DNA of 64,000 bases from Octopus sinensis (taxonomy: Eukaryota), in the NCBI RefSeq assembly GCF_006345805.1, contig NC_043000.1, positions 162,812,001 through 162,876,000 of the forward strand, read 5' to 3'. Positions 37,519-51,335 of the stretch are shown one piece after another. The position numbers were made by a program, and so were the translations under genes. Within the stretch, counting starts at the first letter, position 1. Every line of letters starts with the position of its first letter. The notes below the pieces were generated by a model. That model saw only the letters and a list, made by a program, of their open reading frames with translations. It was not told where the DNA came from and did no database searches.

Positions 37519-37888
37519 TGCAGCTTGCTTACGAACCATATGATTCCGGGTTCAGTCCCACTGCGTGGCACCTTGGGCAACATGTGCCTTCTACTATAAC
37601 CTCGGGAATTGGTAGACGGAAACTGAGAGAATCCCGTCGTATAAATGTATATATATGTGTATGTGTATGTATATGTTTGTGTGTCTGTGTTTGTCCCCCC
37701 AACATCGCTTGACAACCGATGCTGGTGTGTTTACGTTCCCGTAACTTAGCGGTTCGGCAAAAGTGACCGATAGAATAAGTACTAGGCTTACAAAGAATAA
37801 GTCCTGGGGTCGATTTGCTCGACTAAAGGCGGTGCTCCATCATGGCCACAGTCATGACTGCAACAAGTAAAAGAGTAAAAGAGTAAAG
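37519..37888 (+). mobile_element. SINE family 1, 5'-truncated
   Basis: GGTTCAGTCCCACTGCGTGGCACCTTGGGCAA...CAAGTAAAAGAGTAAAAGAG. Confidence 0.9.
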
Positions 37889-37890
37889 GA

Positions 37891-37940
<50 letters not shown>

Positions 37941-37948
37941 TATATATG

Positions 37949-38026
<78 letters not shown>

Positions 38027-38094
38027 TATATATATGTATGTATGTATGTATGTATATGTATATGCATCTATATGTGTATGTATATGTATATACA

Positions 38095-38360
38095 CAGGGT
38101 TATTCAAAAGTCGCCACATATAGGAACAATTTATTTTTTAATAAAAAACAGTTTACAAGAACAGTTTTGTTTTATTTAACAGGCTCTAAGTGGTTAACAT
38201 TGTTTTGAATACACATTCCAATACGTTTACCCAACTCATTGTGAACTCGTAAGAGCACATCTGGTGATACCTGTTGTTGCTGATACATAGAGACTTTTGA
38301 ATCACTCTGAATATATACTGAACGCCACGCATTCCGACTTTTGTTAACAGTAAGTTTTAA
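38095..38360 (-). mobile_element. 3' end of a Tc1/mariner-superfamily transposon
   Basis: TIR-like CAGGGTTATTCAAAAGTCG; minus-strand [24 protein letters not shown] resembles the transposase C-terminus. Confidence 0.65.
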
Positions 38361-38385
38361 CATATATATCTATATGAATATAAAT

Positions 38386-38419
<34 letters not shown>

Positions 38420-39264
38420 CCAGTGGCTACTCCAGCAGTTGGCTTTTCAAGCTTAGCCCGAGTATAAATTTCGTAAAGTGAACGTGTATTTGGAAGCTGA
38501 TTTCATTTCTGCCAACACTGACTTCAAGTATGTAATGCAGCAAATAACTCGGACACCTTTTATTAAGCTCGGCCTCAGTTCATTTCTTTTCGTTCAGCGT
38601 CTGGCAATCGTCTAAGGGCTGCCCTGTGTCAAAAATATCATTCGTAGCGAACGTTCTCCCGACATCTTTCGCAAGCTCCTGATTCGGGCTCACAAGTTAC
38701 AGCCCGAGCTGTTATCTATAATCCTAAAAATTAAAAGTAGTTCAAATTCAATGTTTTTCTTGAAACAATAAGTTTCTGTAAGGATTAGGATTTAAATTTC
38801 AATCTATGAAAATATTCTTAATCTACAATATTCTTAAAGGAACGAAAAAATTAACCAGCAACTCGGGCTAATACGAACGAGCCTGGTGGGTGTAAAAGAC
38901 TAACTGGTATCTCTTGTCAAGAGTACAGGCGACAGTCAGACCGCTGATGTTTGTTGTGCACTCCACTGTCGTTATTTGATTGCTGTTGTTCTGTCCGTCT
39001 GTGTGCAAAGATGAGTTCGGTTTTGCTGGGTTGCTTTATTTCTACCCTTAAATTAGAAATGGAGAAAGACATAGTGCTAGATATAAAAAATCAGCCATTT
39101 GGGGCTAGAAATAAAACGGAAAAACGTGAAATTCTTCGAGCAGACACATATATATATATATACATGTATGTATGTATGTATGTATGTATGTATGTATGTA
39201 TGTATGTATGTATGCATGTATGTATTTATGTATGTATGTATGTATGTATGTATGTTTGTACGTA

Positions 39265-39312
<48 letters not shown>

Positions 39313-39849
39313 ATGCATGTATGTGTGTAGGTGTGTATATACGTACTACGTACGTACGCATGTACGTATGTATGTACGTATGTATGTATGTATGTGTACA
39401 TGTATGTATGTATTTATGTGGATGTAAAGTACACCGCGTCCCCTTCAAAGTTTCCCTATAGCGACACGCACAGACCCGGCTTTGAATATATTTTGTTTCA
39501 CTCATCACTCATCACTCATCACTCATCACTGACTACTTTTAGTTGCTTTTATCACATGACACCAATGACAACCATGAATTACCTGTACATGCATGTACAT
39601 ACGTATGTTAAGATGGATATATAGTTTATATATATATATATACATACATGTAAATATTACATAGTTATGCAGAAGAGGGATGTATGTTCTCACATTAAAG
39701 AAGAGTAAATGTCGTGAGCTTTTCATGAATGAATGTAACTTCAGATTGTTTACATGTTTTGTATGACATCAAGATACAAAGCTGCAAATTAAAGGAATTA
39801 TTCCTGGAGGCAGTGAGTCTAGAACAATGGAAGAACCCCCACACGTTGC

Positions 39850-40300
39850 ATTAAGCACGAATTGAAGACATTTATGGAACATATATCTGGGGCCTCATTG
39901 TGGTCGAGAAGGCGGTGGGTTTTTCAGAAATAAAAATGCTCAAGAATTTTGCACGCTTTCATCTTGATGGCTTACAAGGTAAGTTGCGTCATAGCGCGTC
40001 AAAGTAAGGTGCATCTGTAATCTTAGGAGAATAAAAGTCTGCTGATATGCCGTCTGCAGAAGAATTCGTGGAAAATTTTCTCACACCTACTTAAAAACCC
40101 GAAATTATCTCCTCATCATATCTATTACTACGATAACACTAAACTGCTTTATTGGTGCTTTCCGTCGACAACATTGACAAATTAGACAGAAATTATTATT
40201 TCATGTTTTAAGCAGAGTAAAGAAAGATTATCTCTGTTGGTATGCAGGAATGCAGAAGTAACTTATAAAGTGAAATTATGTATTACTAAAAAATAGAGAC
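39850..40300 (+). mobile_element. Old pogo/Tigger-like transposase remnant
   Basis: GE*KSADMPSAEEF at about 40026-40068. Confidence 0.5.
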
Positions 40301-41689
40301 AACCAAAGTGCTTCAGAAAAATTATAAATTTGTCAGTGTTCTTTCAAATGTCTGGATGACATGCAAAAATATTCTGTCTCTGTTCCAACCGGCCAGATCC
40401 GGTCTCTCACGCCTATCCTACAAGGTCTTTCTAAAAACCTACAATCACATCATCGAAATCTCGAAGCTCTAAGGTTAGGCATGGTATTAGTATAGGATAA
40501 CAGCTGAGCCCACCTAGTTAACTATGTCACTTTGTTAACTATGAAAACGGAAAAACCGAAGATTTCTGGAAAGTTTTTCAATATAAGGATGCCAAATTTA
40601 AGCTGTTCCTTGTATGGGATTGTTTATAAACTGGGGCTTGTTTAATAACTGAGACTCATTGATGAAACAATGTAACCGACTGCAATTTCTACGTAGAAGG
40701 ATGATGAGGCTGGTTTTGAGAGTTTTCGAACAAGGCCGTTATGCAAAATGGTTTGGTAGATGCAGGCAAAGTAAGACATGAGAAAGGAAAAATTTTATCG
40801 TTAGATTACTATAGATATCAATGTTCCTGTTACCATACGTTTGGATGAAGAAATAGTTTCTAGTTTATTGGGCTCCAACACTGAGGATAAAAAGGAAAAA
40901 GAAACAATTCTAAAGTAGTTGTTTTTTTATGGAGGCCGCGAAGCAGGCGCTAGATACGTTTATTTCTTTCACATAGCGTCAGGTAGTTTCATATCAGTAA
41001 AACTGAATTCTTTTGTGAGCAAAGGAATCCATAAGCTAATATATGAGAGACGCTGAACAAATTTACAAAAGAAAAAAACCGCAAACCCCATTCACCGTTA
41101 CGAACGCTGCAAAATCTTCCACAGCTTTTGTCAGAGATCCCTCCATCTAACTGCTCCTTACACCAACAAGCTCACCCCTCCTTTCCGCATCAGCGTCACT
41201 CGTCCCTGGACCTTCAGCATCACAAGTCAATGAACTTGCAACAATTACCGACGTCAAATTCTCAAAATAACATTATTTTTATTTTTATATATCGCAATTA
41301 AGCGTTAAGTATTGAAATAATTTAAGTAGTACAGATAATTTTTATTTTCATTACATATTCAGTTAAATGTATTAAAAAAATTAGCTAGTTAAACAGTTAT
41401 TTTACACTGTCAATTTATCAGAAGAAAAAAAAACGTTTTGTTAATTATAGTAAAGAGAATTCGTGCTAATTTGTGCTAATTGGTTGTCAGGAAAAGAATG
41501 TTTTTACTGTATTTAAACTGGATTGTTGCTTCTCAAAGTGAAGTATTTCATATTATTATACTGCGTTTACAATGTAATGTTTAAGAATCTTGTTCTTAAA
41601 TTAAACTTTTATTTCTTCAGTTTTCTTATTTCTATAATGTTCTGAATACTAATGACAATATTGATGTTGTCTATCAAAGCCATCAAGTA

Positions 41690-42430
41690 TTGCAACCTTT
41701 GTATACTGGTCCATGGTGTTAACGGCGAAACATCCACCGATGGTTTGTGAAGAGACCAAGGCCACCTGTGTAATACATACAGAGTGGCATTATTCATGCA
41801 GTGCTTGCTTGAAAATGATAGTGAGTGGCTGGGTATTATGACTAAAGAAGCTGTGTCATAATCCCGAAAGCAGAACTACATATGTTGTCATACGTTCAGA
41901 TAGAAAGGAGAGGAGCCATGGTGGAGTTGCTGTGTACATCCGAGAGGATCTCACGCCCCAGGTCCTGCTGTCATATTCTAATTCAGTGTGTGACACTCAC
42001 ATTGTACACATGAGACACCTTAATACTGTTATATATATATATATATATACTACATATCGCCTACCAGACGCTCCGATTCACAGGCAAATTTGAAGACTGC
42101 CTAGCAAGGATAGAAGTTCTCACCAAACTGGAACAACATATCAATGTATTCCTTTTTGGTAACTTTAACTTCCCAAACAGGGGATGGCCTGGGAGCCAAG
42201 TTCTCCCAGGAATGACAAACCAACAGCAAGCACAAGCAGAGTCCCTGCTCCACTTTACTAATGCCTCTTTCATGGAGCAAATCGTGCTTCAACCAACCAG
42301 GGCAAATAATATACTGGATCTCTGCTTCACAAACAATACGGACATTATCCATAATGTTAAAGTGACACAGATGATGATCTCGGATCACAACATAATAGCG
42401 CTGTCTATGTATGGACCTAAAGCTCCTGTA
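41690..42430 (+). mobile_element. LINE apurinic endonuclease fragment (CR1/L2-like group)
   Basis: RSDRKERSHGGVAVYIRE, GNFNFP, QIVLQPTRANNILDLCFTN, SDHN motifs. Confidence 0.88.
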
Positions 42431-42436
42431 GACATA

Positions 42437-42772
42437 CACCTGCAGATCGACCCCAGTACGCAACTGGTACTTAATTTATCGACCACAAAAGGATGAAAGG
42501 CAAAGTCGACCTCAGCGGAATTTAGACTCAGAACGTAAAGACAGGCGAAATACTTATTTCTATTTCTTTACTACCCCCAAGGGGCTAAACACAGAGGGGA
42601 CAAACAAGGACAGACAAACGGACTAAGTCGATTATATGGGCCCCAGTGCGTAACTGGTATTTATTTCAGCGACCCCGAAAGGATGAAAGGCAAAGTCGAC
42701 CTCGGCTGAATTTGAACTCAGAACGTAACGGCAGACGGAATACCGCTAAGCATTTCGCCCGAATGAGAACGT
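42437..42772 (-). mobile_element. SINE family 2, dimeric form
   Basis: Two copies of CCCCAGT.CG.AACTGGTA...GGATGAAAGGCAAAGTCGACCTC..CAGAACGTAA about 190 bp apart. Confidence 0.92.
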
Positions 42773-43505
42773 TCCTCCTACACGATACGCTAAATTCTTC
42801 ACGTCTCAACAATTGAACAAAGCTGAATATACAAATATCAAAGTCTATGTTATCGAGACTACTGTACTTTCTAAACGCGGTAAAGGAGATGTATTCATTC
42901 CACATATGTCTGTCACTGCAACTTGGTGCACTATTTTAATTGAAGAGTCTTCACATTTTCATACACCTAATCTGCGCGACTTCCATAGACAATTTACTAA
43001 TTGAGACGTTGAAGGCAACTAGATTCCAAGTGGGAAAATTCTACTTACCGTGTATGCTTAATGTGCAAGTATTGGAAGCAAGGAATTTCTTAATGTGTTT
43101 ATGTTAAAGTTTAAGGTGGAGAAACTAACAACGTTATTTGCCATTAAGATCTTAGCTGATAATTATTTGTGTGTGTTCTTTAAAAGGTACAGCAATTTAC
43201 AGCCGGTTATCTCCGGTTATCAGCTTCGTCATTCACATATTATATTTATGCGAACTTAACACGATTCTTTTTCAAGGAATCCACAACCAACTGTGTGTTT
43301 GTTTCGCGGGAAATGGTGGGTGTCAGAGTAGTGTGAGTGTATGTGTATGTAAACACACATACATACCTTCATACCTACACATATACACATATATGCATAG
43401 ATACACACACATATACACACATATAAACGTATATGTATGTGTGTATATATGTATATATGTATATATACATATGTATATGTTTATGTAAATGTATATGTAC
43501 GTGTA

Positions 43506-43539
<34 letters not shown>

Positions 43540-43718
43540 TATTATCATCATCATTTAAAGTCTGCTTTCCATGCTGGCATGGGTCGGTTGTGTCGTCACG
43601 GATCGACGCATTTCTTATTCGGGTTATGTCTTCCAATTAAAAACAGTCTTGAACCCTAACCAACCGTCCAACTCATCCCGGTGTTGTAAGCAGACATAAA
43701 ACACTGCTGCAAATGGTG

Positions 43719-43749
<31 letters not shown>

Positions 43750-43997
43750 TGTATGTATGTATGTATGTATGTATGTATGTATGTATGTATGTATGTATGT
43801 ATGTATTTATTTATGCATGTATGTATGTATGTGTGTATAGACTCATTTATGTATGTATGTGTAAGTGTGTGCATGTGTGTGAATTTACTCTGCCTCTAAT
43901 CAGTTTCTCGCTAAATGCAATCTTTCTGGAAGATTGTATATAGCTAAAAACCTCTGTGTAATGATATAGAATGAATCATGAGCTTCAAGCGAATATG

Positions 43998-44029
<32 letters not shown>

Positions 44030-44054
44030 GCACACATACACACACACATACACT

Positions 44055-44086
<32 letters not shown>

Positions 44087-44109
44087 TATGTATGTATTAT
44101 TTATGTATG

Positions 44110-44520
44110 TCATTATTCAGTTTTACTTCAAGATTCTTGCCAATAGAGAAAGAACCGGTTTCTAACCTAGACCCAAGGCTCCTTCATTGGAATTTCAACA
44201 TCAACAACAGGCTATTTTTGTATGTATGTATATATGTATGTATGTATGTAGGTAGGTAGGTAGGAAGGTAGGTAGGTAGGTAGGTAGGTAGGTAGGTAGG
44301 TAGGTAGGTAGGTAGGTAGGTAGGTAGGTAGGTAGGTAGGTAGGTAGGTAGGTGTATAGATTTGTAAATTTTGTTTTTTGTATGTATGCTCATGCGTATA
44401 CTTGCATATCTAATCATGCACATATATATTTAAATTATAAACTTCTGGAAAGTTTTACAGACTTTTACAGTTCCAGCGATGGATTGGATCTGTAATCTTC
44501 GAATCAGTTTTCTCCTTTCT
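44110..44520 (-). mobile_element. Dong/R4-type LINE extreme 3' end (lineage C), ending in (CATA)n
   Basis: RRKLIRRLQIQSIAGTVKVCKTFQKFII* (stop 44430-44432); microsatellite-containing 3' UTR homologous to 60069-60300. Confidence 0.88.
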
Positions 44521-45568
44521 AGTTTTGAGAAGCTTTATAAAGTTCTTTCTTGGAAATACAGCATCACAGACAGAACGGAATATTAATGGCGTATTCCACT
44601 CTAATGTTATTACACAGCGGACAGTATCACGTTCTTTGGCAAAATTTCGTTCTGGTAATTTTGACCTCACAAATGAGCAACGCGGTCGACCAGAATCAAA
44701 AGTGGATAATGACGAATTGAAAGCCACCATCGAGTCAGATCTATCTCAAAGTGTCCGCGAACCATTGTTATTGTTCGCTGACTCACCTAGTTCAAATCGG
44801 TATTGTGAAAAAGTTGGATAAGTGGGTTCCATATGAACTCAATGAAAATCAGAAACAGCAACGTTTGAAAGCCTGCATTATGCTATTTTCTCGTCACAAA
44901 AATGAATAATTTTTGAATCGAATTGTAACATGTGATGAGAAATGGATTCAATACAACAACCGTAAACGATGGTTGGACAAAGTCGAGCCACCAAATCACA
45001 GTCCAAAAAACAAAATTTATCAAAAGAAGCTGATGGTGTGTGTTTGGTGGTCTGGCGTAGGTGTGATCCATTATGATTTCATTAAACCTGGTCCATCAAT
45101 TATGGCCGAATTATATACTGCAGTCAACTGGACCAAATGATGCAGAAACTTACAAAAAACGCCCTACATTAGTCAATAGATCCACTCCTATTTTACTACA
45201 AGACAATTGTGGACCACACATCGCAAAAATGACATTGGCAAAACTACAGGAGTTGGCGTTGGAAGTTCATCATCCACCATATTCACCTGATCTTGCTCCA
45301 ACTGACTGCCACTTCTGCCAGAATTTGGATAACTTTTGCTAAGAAAAAGTTTAATTCCGACAATGCTGTAAAACAGTCCTTCCAAGATTTTATTGACTCT
45401 AGATTGCCAGGCTTCTACAGTTCCGTGCTGGACGAACTACCGCAGAAATATCAAAAGTGTATTGGCAATATGGGTGCATATTTTGATGAATAAAACTATT
45501 CCTTGTATTTATAAAACATTTGCAAACTTTTTTTGTTTTCTACAAATTTCATACTTGACGACCTGATA
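44521..45568 (+). mobile_element. Mariner transposon, 5' end missing, frameshifted transposase
   Basis: RGRP, IVTCDEKW..YNN, KLMVCVWW, LLQDN..PH, HPPYSPDLAPTD; 3' TIR-like ...ATTTCATACTTGACGACCTGATA. Confidence 0.93.
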
Positions 45569-45650
45569 TTTAGACAGTGTGTTCCATATCCCAGGGCCTC
45601 AATAAGTATGTATGTATGCATGTATGTATATATTTATGTATGTATGTATG

Positions 45651-45688
<38 letters not shown>

Positions 45689-46129
45689 CTTATATTTATA
45701 CAGTCTAAGAATCCAGCAATATAAGCGTTCGTATATTTTTTATAGAATAGATATATTAATCAATGTATACAGTATTCTAGACCCGTTGCAGTCAATCTAA
45801 TAAATCTGTGTGTGTGTGCACATAAACACGTCCAACCATTCATGGAACCATAAACACACACACATACACATATATATTTCATTCGCTATTTTTTCTTCTT
45901 TATTTGCGCTCCTTACTGTGTTGCACATCAGGCTGCCGTCGACAGTTAGAGTAGAATATCAGTTTTTTCGTTTATTTATTTCACTGTATATTTATTTATT
46001 TGCAATCAGAAAAGTTTGTAGCATTTCGCCCCAACTATTCTCCTTTACTGGAGAACGGATTGGTGTATATAGTCCCTTATGACACTTTTCGAGATTTGGA
46101 GAGTTAGGGAGAAAGTGAGAGTGAGTGAG

Positions 46130-46193
<64 letters not shown>

Positions 46194-46688
46194 TGAGTAG
46201 AATTGATCGTAGTATTTGATTGGTTTAGTTTGCATTGGATATGGTAGGACAAGAGGAGAAACTGGGCTCGGCCGAACTGGACCTTTGAGCTCAGAGCAAA
46301 GGAACATTGGTCCGTTTATCTGTCTCTTAGATGACTCTGAAAATTTATCGCTTTTCATACTTATTAGCACACAATGATAGATAGACAGTTAGATAGATAG
46401 ATAGATGTCATTATAGGCATGTATGTATGAATGTATGTATATGTATATATATATATGCGTGTATGTATGCGTATGTATGTATACATTTATATATATATAT
46501 ATATGTATGTATGTGTGTGTGTATGTATGTATATATGCATATAATATGTATGTATTTAGTTACATGTATTTGACTATCTATCTATCTATCTATATATATA
46601 TATATATTATATATATATATAACATACATACAGTTACACACACACAGACATATATATATATATATACATATGTACATATATATATGTT

Positions 46689-46739
<51 letters not shown>

Positions 46740-46756
46740 GTATATATATATATGTT

Positions 46757-46792
<36 letters not shown>

Positions 46793-46991
46793 TTCATCCA
46801 TCCATCATTTCATCTAATCATACGCCCACGCATTTATCCGACAGGAAATTCAGTGAACGTGACCCCGTGGGTAATATAGCAATTAGTAATGCAAACATAT
46901 TTATACGAAACCTATCATACACGCACACATATTCATATATACGAGCACACACGCACAAAACTTTGACACACTTACAACATTTAAACCGCAC

Positions 46992-47041
<50 letters not shown>

Positions 47042-47184
47042 CATCACATTACCTTTTTGAGACAAATACTTACGCACACATTAAGTCCGACACACTCTCA
47101 CACTGAGACACATGTACACGCTAATACCAGCACACTGTCATACGAATGGACATTAACACGCAGAAATAGTTCCATCGTACTGAA

Positions 47185-47219
<35 letters not shown>

Positions 47220-47532
47220 CACACACACACACACACCTAAGTGCGCAAGTACTTACACGATGACACAGATACACATATACACACATTCTAACACACTGAC
47301 ATACATTTGCCGAGCGAGTGCATACACATGCGCACACACACGCATACGAACACCGAAACAATAATACTCAGGCACTCTTACACTCACTCGCTTACACACA
47401 CACACGCACGCACACACACTACACATACACTCGCACCTACACAAACACACAAAAAACTACACGGACAATTAATCACATGCACATGCGACTCGCTGACACT
47501 TTCACCCAATTAATCACACACACACACACACA

Positions 47533-47565
<33 letters not shown>

Positions 47566-47941
47566 GAACACGCACACACACACACACACACTCACACACA
47601 ATTATACACTAAGACATTATCATAACATAAGAGCACAACTAATTACATATACACATGCTTATACAGTGAAATATACACTCATTCTTATATACACCCATGC
47701 AAACATATTAACTGACAGAGGAGCAGAAACGCATAGGAACACATACGGAGCATTAAATGTTTTTCATGCGGATCACGTCTCTATGTAACTTATTATCTTA
47801 ATTCTGTTTTTCTACGCCCACTGGTCTACATTGTAGTAGATCCACTAATGTGAACTTTTATGTTCTACGAAATATGGTCACAATAAAGACCAATACATGT
47901 CTAGAATTGTATCAACTCTATTTTCGTTAAGAATACGGCAA

Positions 47942-48232
47942 TGGAGGCACATGGCCTAGTGGTTAGAGCAGCGAATTCGCGGTCGAGGGATCGCGGGTTC
48001 GAATCGCAGACCGGACGACGTGTATGTGTGTGTGTGTGTGTTTATGAGCGAAACACCCAAGCTCCACGCGGCTCCGGCAGAAGGTAATGACTCTTCCGCC
48101 TCAGCTTCTTCTCACTCTTTCCTCCTGCATCTAGCAGCGTCCCGTCCAGGTGGGGGAATCTATACGCCAAGGAAACCGGGAGACCGGCCCTTAAGAGCAA
48201 GGCGTGGCTCGAGAAGGAACAGACAACAATGG
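47942..48232 (+). mobile_element. SINE family 3
   Basis: GGAGGCACATGGCCTAGTGGTTAGAGC...GGGTTCGAATCGC head; CCCGTCCAGG...GGAAACCGGG 3' part. Confidence 0.88.
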
Positions 48233-48269
48233 TTTGGGTACGGATCCAGCAATATTGGAGGAAATGAGT

Positions 48270-48600
48270 TCTTTAATTACATCAGTCCAGTACGTTACTG
48301 GTACTTTATTTTTATCGATGCCGAAAGGATGAAATGTAAAGATGAACTCAGCAGTATTTGAACTCATAACATAAAGAAATGAAAGAAATACGGCAAAGCA
48401 TTTCGCCAGTTCAACGATTCTGAAAATCTACCAGCAGAAAAAAAATAAAACTAAAATATTATTGGTTTAAAATTTTGGCACAAGCCCAGCAATTTCGGGG
48501 GAGGGAGTAAGTCGATTACATCGACCCCAGTGTTCAACTGGTACTTATTTTATTTATCCCGAAAGGATGAAAGGCAAAGTCAACCTCAGTGGAATAAAAA
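48270..48600 (-). mobile_element. Two SINE family 2 fragments
   Basis: GGTACTTTATTTTATCGA...AAGGATGAAA core at about 48300 and again at about 48540. Confidence 0.85.
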
Positions 48601-48713
48601 TTAAAACGATATTAATTAATTACTAATTAGTGACTACTATTTTCTTTCTGCATTGCATTACTTAGATTTTTAATGCTCCCTACATTAATAGTAGCTCATA
48701 ATATAGATTTGAA

Positions 48714-48932
48714 TTTTGGATAAGGGTCTTTTGGATAAGGGTCTTTCGGATAAGGGTCTTTTGGATAAGGGTCTTTTGGATAAGGGTCTTTTGGATAAGG
48801 GTCTTTCGGATAAGGGTCTTTTGGATAAGGGTCTTTCGGATAAGGGTCTTTTGGATAAGGGTCTTTTGGATAAGGGTCTTTTGGATAAGGGTCTTTTGGA
48901 TAAGGGTCTTTTGGATAAGGGTCTTTCGGATA
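48714..48932. repeat. 15-bp minisatellite (TTT[T/C]GGATAAGGGTC) x14 plus a partial unit
   Basis: 210 bp of exact units from 48714 to 48923; source of the KDPYP/DKGLL pseudo-ORFs. Confidence 0.98.
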
Positions 48933-48944
48933 TGTCTCTAGAGT

Positions 48945-49085
48945 ATCTGCCATCTGCAATTCCCTCCATGTTCTTGTCTTTCCTGCAGATGTCGGCTTGC
49001 AGCAGTTTCAATGCATCATTAACCGCATCAATCTCATTTCTCAAGTCTCGTAATGTTGGCAATGGCTTTCCACACCAAACCCAGT
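48945..49085 (-). mobile_element. Possible Dong/R4 N-terminal ORF fragment
   Basis: [23 protein letters not shown] resembles the LP.L....I..VN.AL segment of R4-clade ORFs (from recall, not verified). Confidence 0.35.
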
Positions 49086-49859
49086 CAGTAACGTACACTC
49101 ACGCACACAGGGACACACAGACACACAGATTCACATACACACACATATGTAAGTGATGTATGTACATGTATTTATCTACACACGCGCACACACATACACA
49201 CACTTTTATGGAGAGGGAGAGCAAGGGGAGAGATGTATGGTTAAATTTATAAACATTTGCTTCTTTCTACTGATGTGTTAACACATCCACAAACACAGCC
49301 GCGCGCACACACATTTACACACACGCGCGAAAACTCAGATGTGCATGCACTCACTCACATATATGTGTACATTCATATATACATATGTATGTATGTTTAT
49401 ATCTCTTTTCTTCTCTCTCTCTCTCTCTCTCTATACATATATATCTATATATATATACACATAAACAGACACAAACACACTCATACACAAATAAATATAA
49501 GATAAAGAAGGAATTTTTGCGAGTGCGTGCGTGCGAGTGTATGTGTGTGTGAGAGAGAGAGTGTGTGTGTGTATGTGTGTGTGAGAGAGAGAGAGAGAGT
49601 GTGTGTATGTGTGTGTGTGTGTATGTGTGTGTGCTTCTGAAAGAGAGAAGCTGAAGAACCTAGGACTGAGTGAGACAGGAAGAGAGGATGAGAGAGACAG
49701 CGATGTGAGTGTGTATCATGAAGAGAATGTTATCCTCTGTTTAAAATACCAACGCTTAAAATAGCATTTAGGAAAACATCAGTCCTGCTTAAAGATGATT
49801 TTCTCTCTCCCGCCTCTCTTTCTTTCTCTGAATAGCAACGAAGCTGTCTCTAGTGGCAT

Positions 49860-50350
49860 TACTACCCTTTAAGAGATGTACTCTCACACCAAAATGCATC
49901 TGGCAAAGTTCCTATCGTCACGCAATGTTAAACGGAAAAAGGAAATTCAGCTGCTATTGAGAGGATAAACTAAAACAGACAATAGAGAAGTATTTGCATA
50001 GTTTCTGGTATATGAGCAAAATAGGATCGAATCTCGGTCTCTGTGGAAGCTGGTAATGGTCTTCGTCGGCAACATTTCATCAGCGGAAGAGTTTACAGAA
50101 GAGTTTGCAAAGTTCCTATTGAGTGGGAATCAAAGAATGTTACGTTTCGGTTTTTTAGACATTCATTTAAGTGATGACGATAAGTGTTGTAGTCACCTCA
50201 GTGCTGGTATGTAAAATTAAAGGAATTCAAATGAAGGTGTATGTGAAGTATGAATGGAAGACCCAAGGAGATTTGGAGTAATAGGTTCAAGTACTTGCAT
50301 TAGATGTAACGAAAAATCTTAACAATATTGGTAGAATTTCCTCCAGTATT
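49860..50350 (+). mobile_element. Old pogo/Tigger-like transposase remnant
   Basis: SSAEEFTEEFAKFL-like segment at about 50075-50120 following a G(E)..S motif. Confidence 0.45.
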
Positions 50351-50984
50351 TTTTTAAAAGGAATATTTGATTGACCTTCAGACCACTACCATAAATTGCT
50401 GGAGAATCATAGAATGAAAACAAAAATCGTAATTAAAATTTTATTATGTTCAACACTCCATAGAGTCACACTGTTAAATCCAATAGTGCCAAGAGATTTA
50501 AAGTCTGAGATCCAGAAATATTCTCCCAAGACAGAAATATTCAAAACTATTGAACCTGAAAATGTTAAAGGAATCGGTAATCTATTGTTGCGTAATGAAC
50601 AAGAGATAAATTATTTAAGTTAGCAGTGTTCCAAACTACATAAAGAGCCCAAGGATGCATGAACCACTTCTGTGACTAGATATTCTAGTAATCTTATGAA
50701 CCCAAACAACAAGGTAGCTAACGGCAGTTCAGAGAATAAAGAGCAATGCCTCTTTAGAAACTTACGCCGAATGTGCGATGGCAGCATCAAAGACTGCATG
50801 TACAGAAACAAATACACGAAAACCATAGCATTGTCGAGCCATATACGCCACTTGAAATGTTACAATAGTGACAAATTTGATCTCATATGGTCAATAATTC
50901 AACGAATAGAATCCTATTGCAAATTAATGCAACTCCAGAAAGAACCTTTTCTACTCTAGGCACAAGGCTCGAAATCTTGAGGGA

Positions 50985-51335
50985 ACCAGTCGATTACATC
51001 GACCCCAGTACGCAACTGGTACTTAGTTTATCGACCCCGAAAGGATGAAAGACAAAGTCGACCTCGGCGGAATTTAAACTCAGAACGTAAAGACATGAAA
51101 TACCTATTTCTTTACTACCCACAAGGGGGTAAATACAGAGAGGACAAACAAGGACAGACAAACGGATTAAGTCGATTATATCGACCCCAGTACGCAACTA
51201 GCACTTAATTTATAGACCCCGAAAGGATGAAAGACAAAGTCGACCTCGGTGGAATTTGAACACAGAACGTAACGGCAGACGAAATATCGCTAAGCATTTC
51301 GCCCTGCGTGCTGAAGTTTCAGCCAGCTCACCGCT
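50985..51335 (-). mobile_element. SINE family 2, dimeric form
   Basis: Same two-core arrangement as 42437-42772. Confidence 0.92.

Noticed and set aside
38420-38890. Possible MITE with TTAGCCCGAGT / ACTCGGGCTAA inverted motif
   Set aside because: The inverted match is only 11 bp and not terminal, and no TSD is identifiable.
47942-48015. tRNA-like sequence with box A and box B (also at 30404, 15519 and 61618)
   Set aside because: There is no complete cloverleaf or acceptor stem, and each continues into a shared repeat body, so these are SINE heads rather than tRNA genes.
48714-48932. Regular short repeats as a possible CRISPR array
   Set aside because: The units are contiguous with no unique spacers, there are no cas genes, and the context is eukaryotic.
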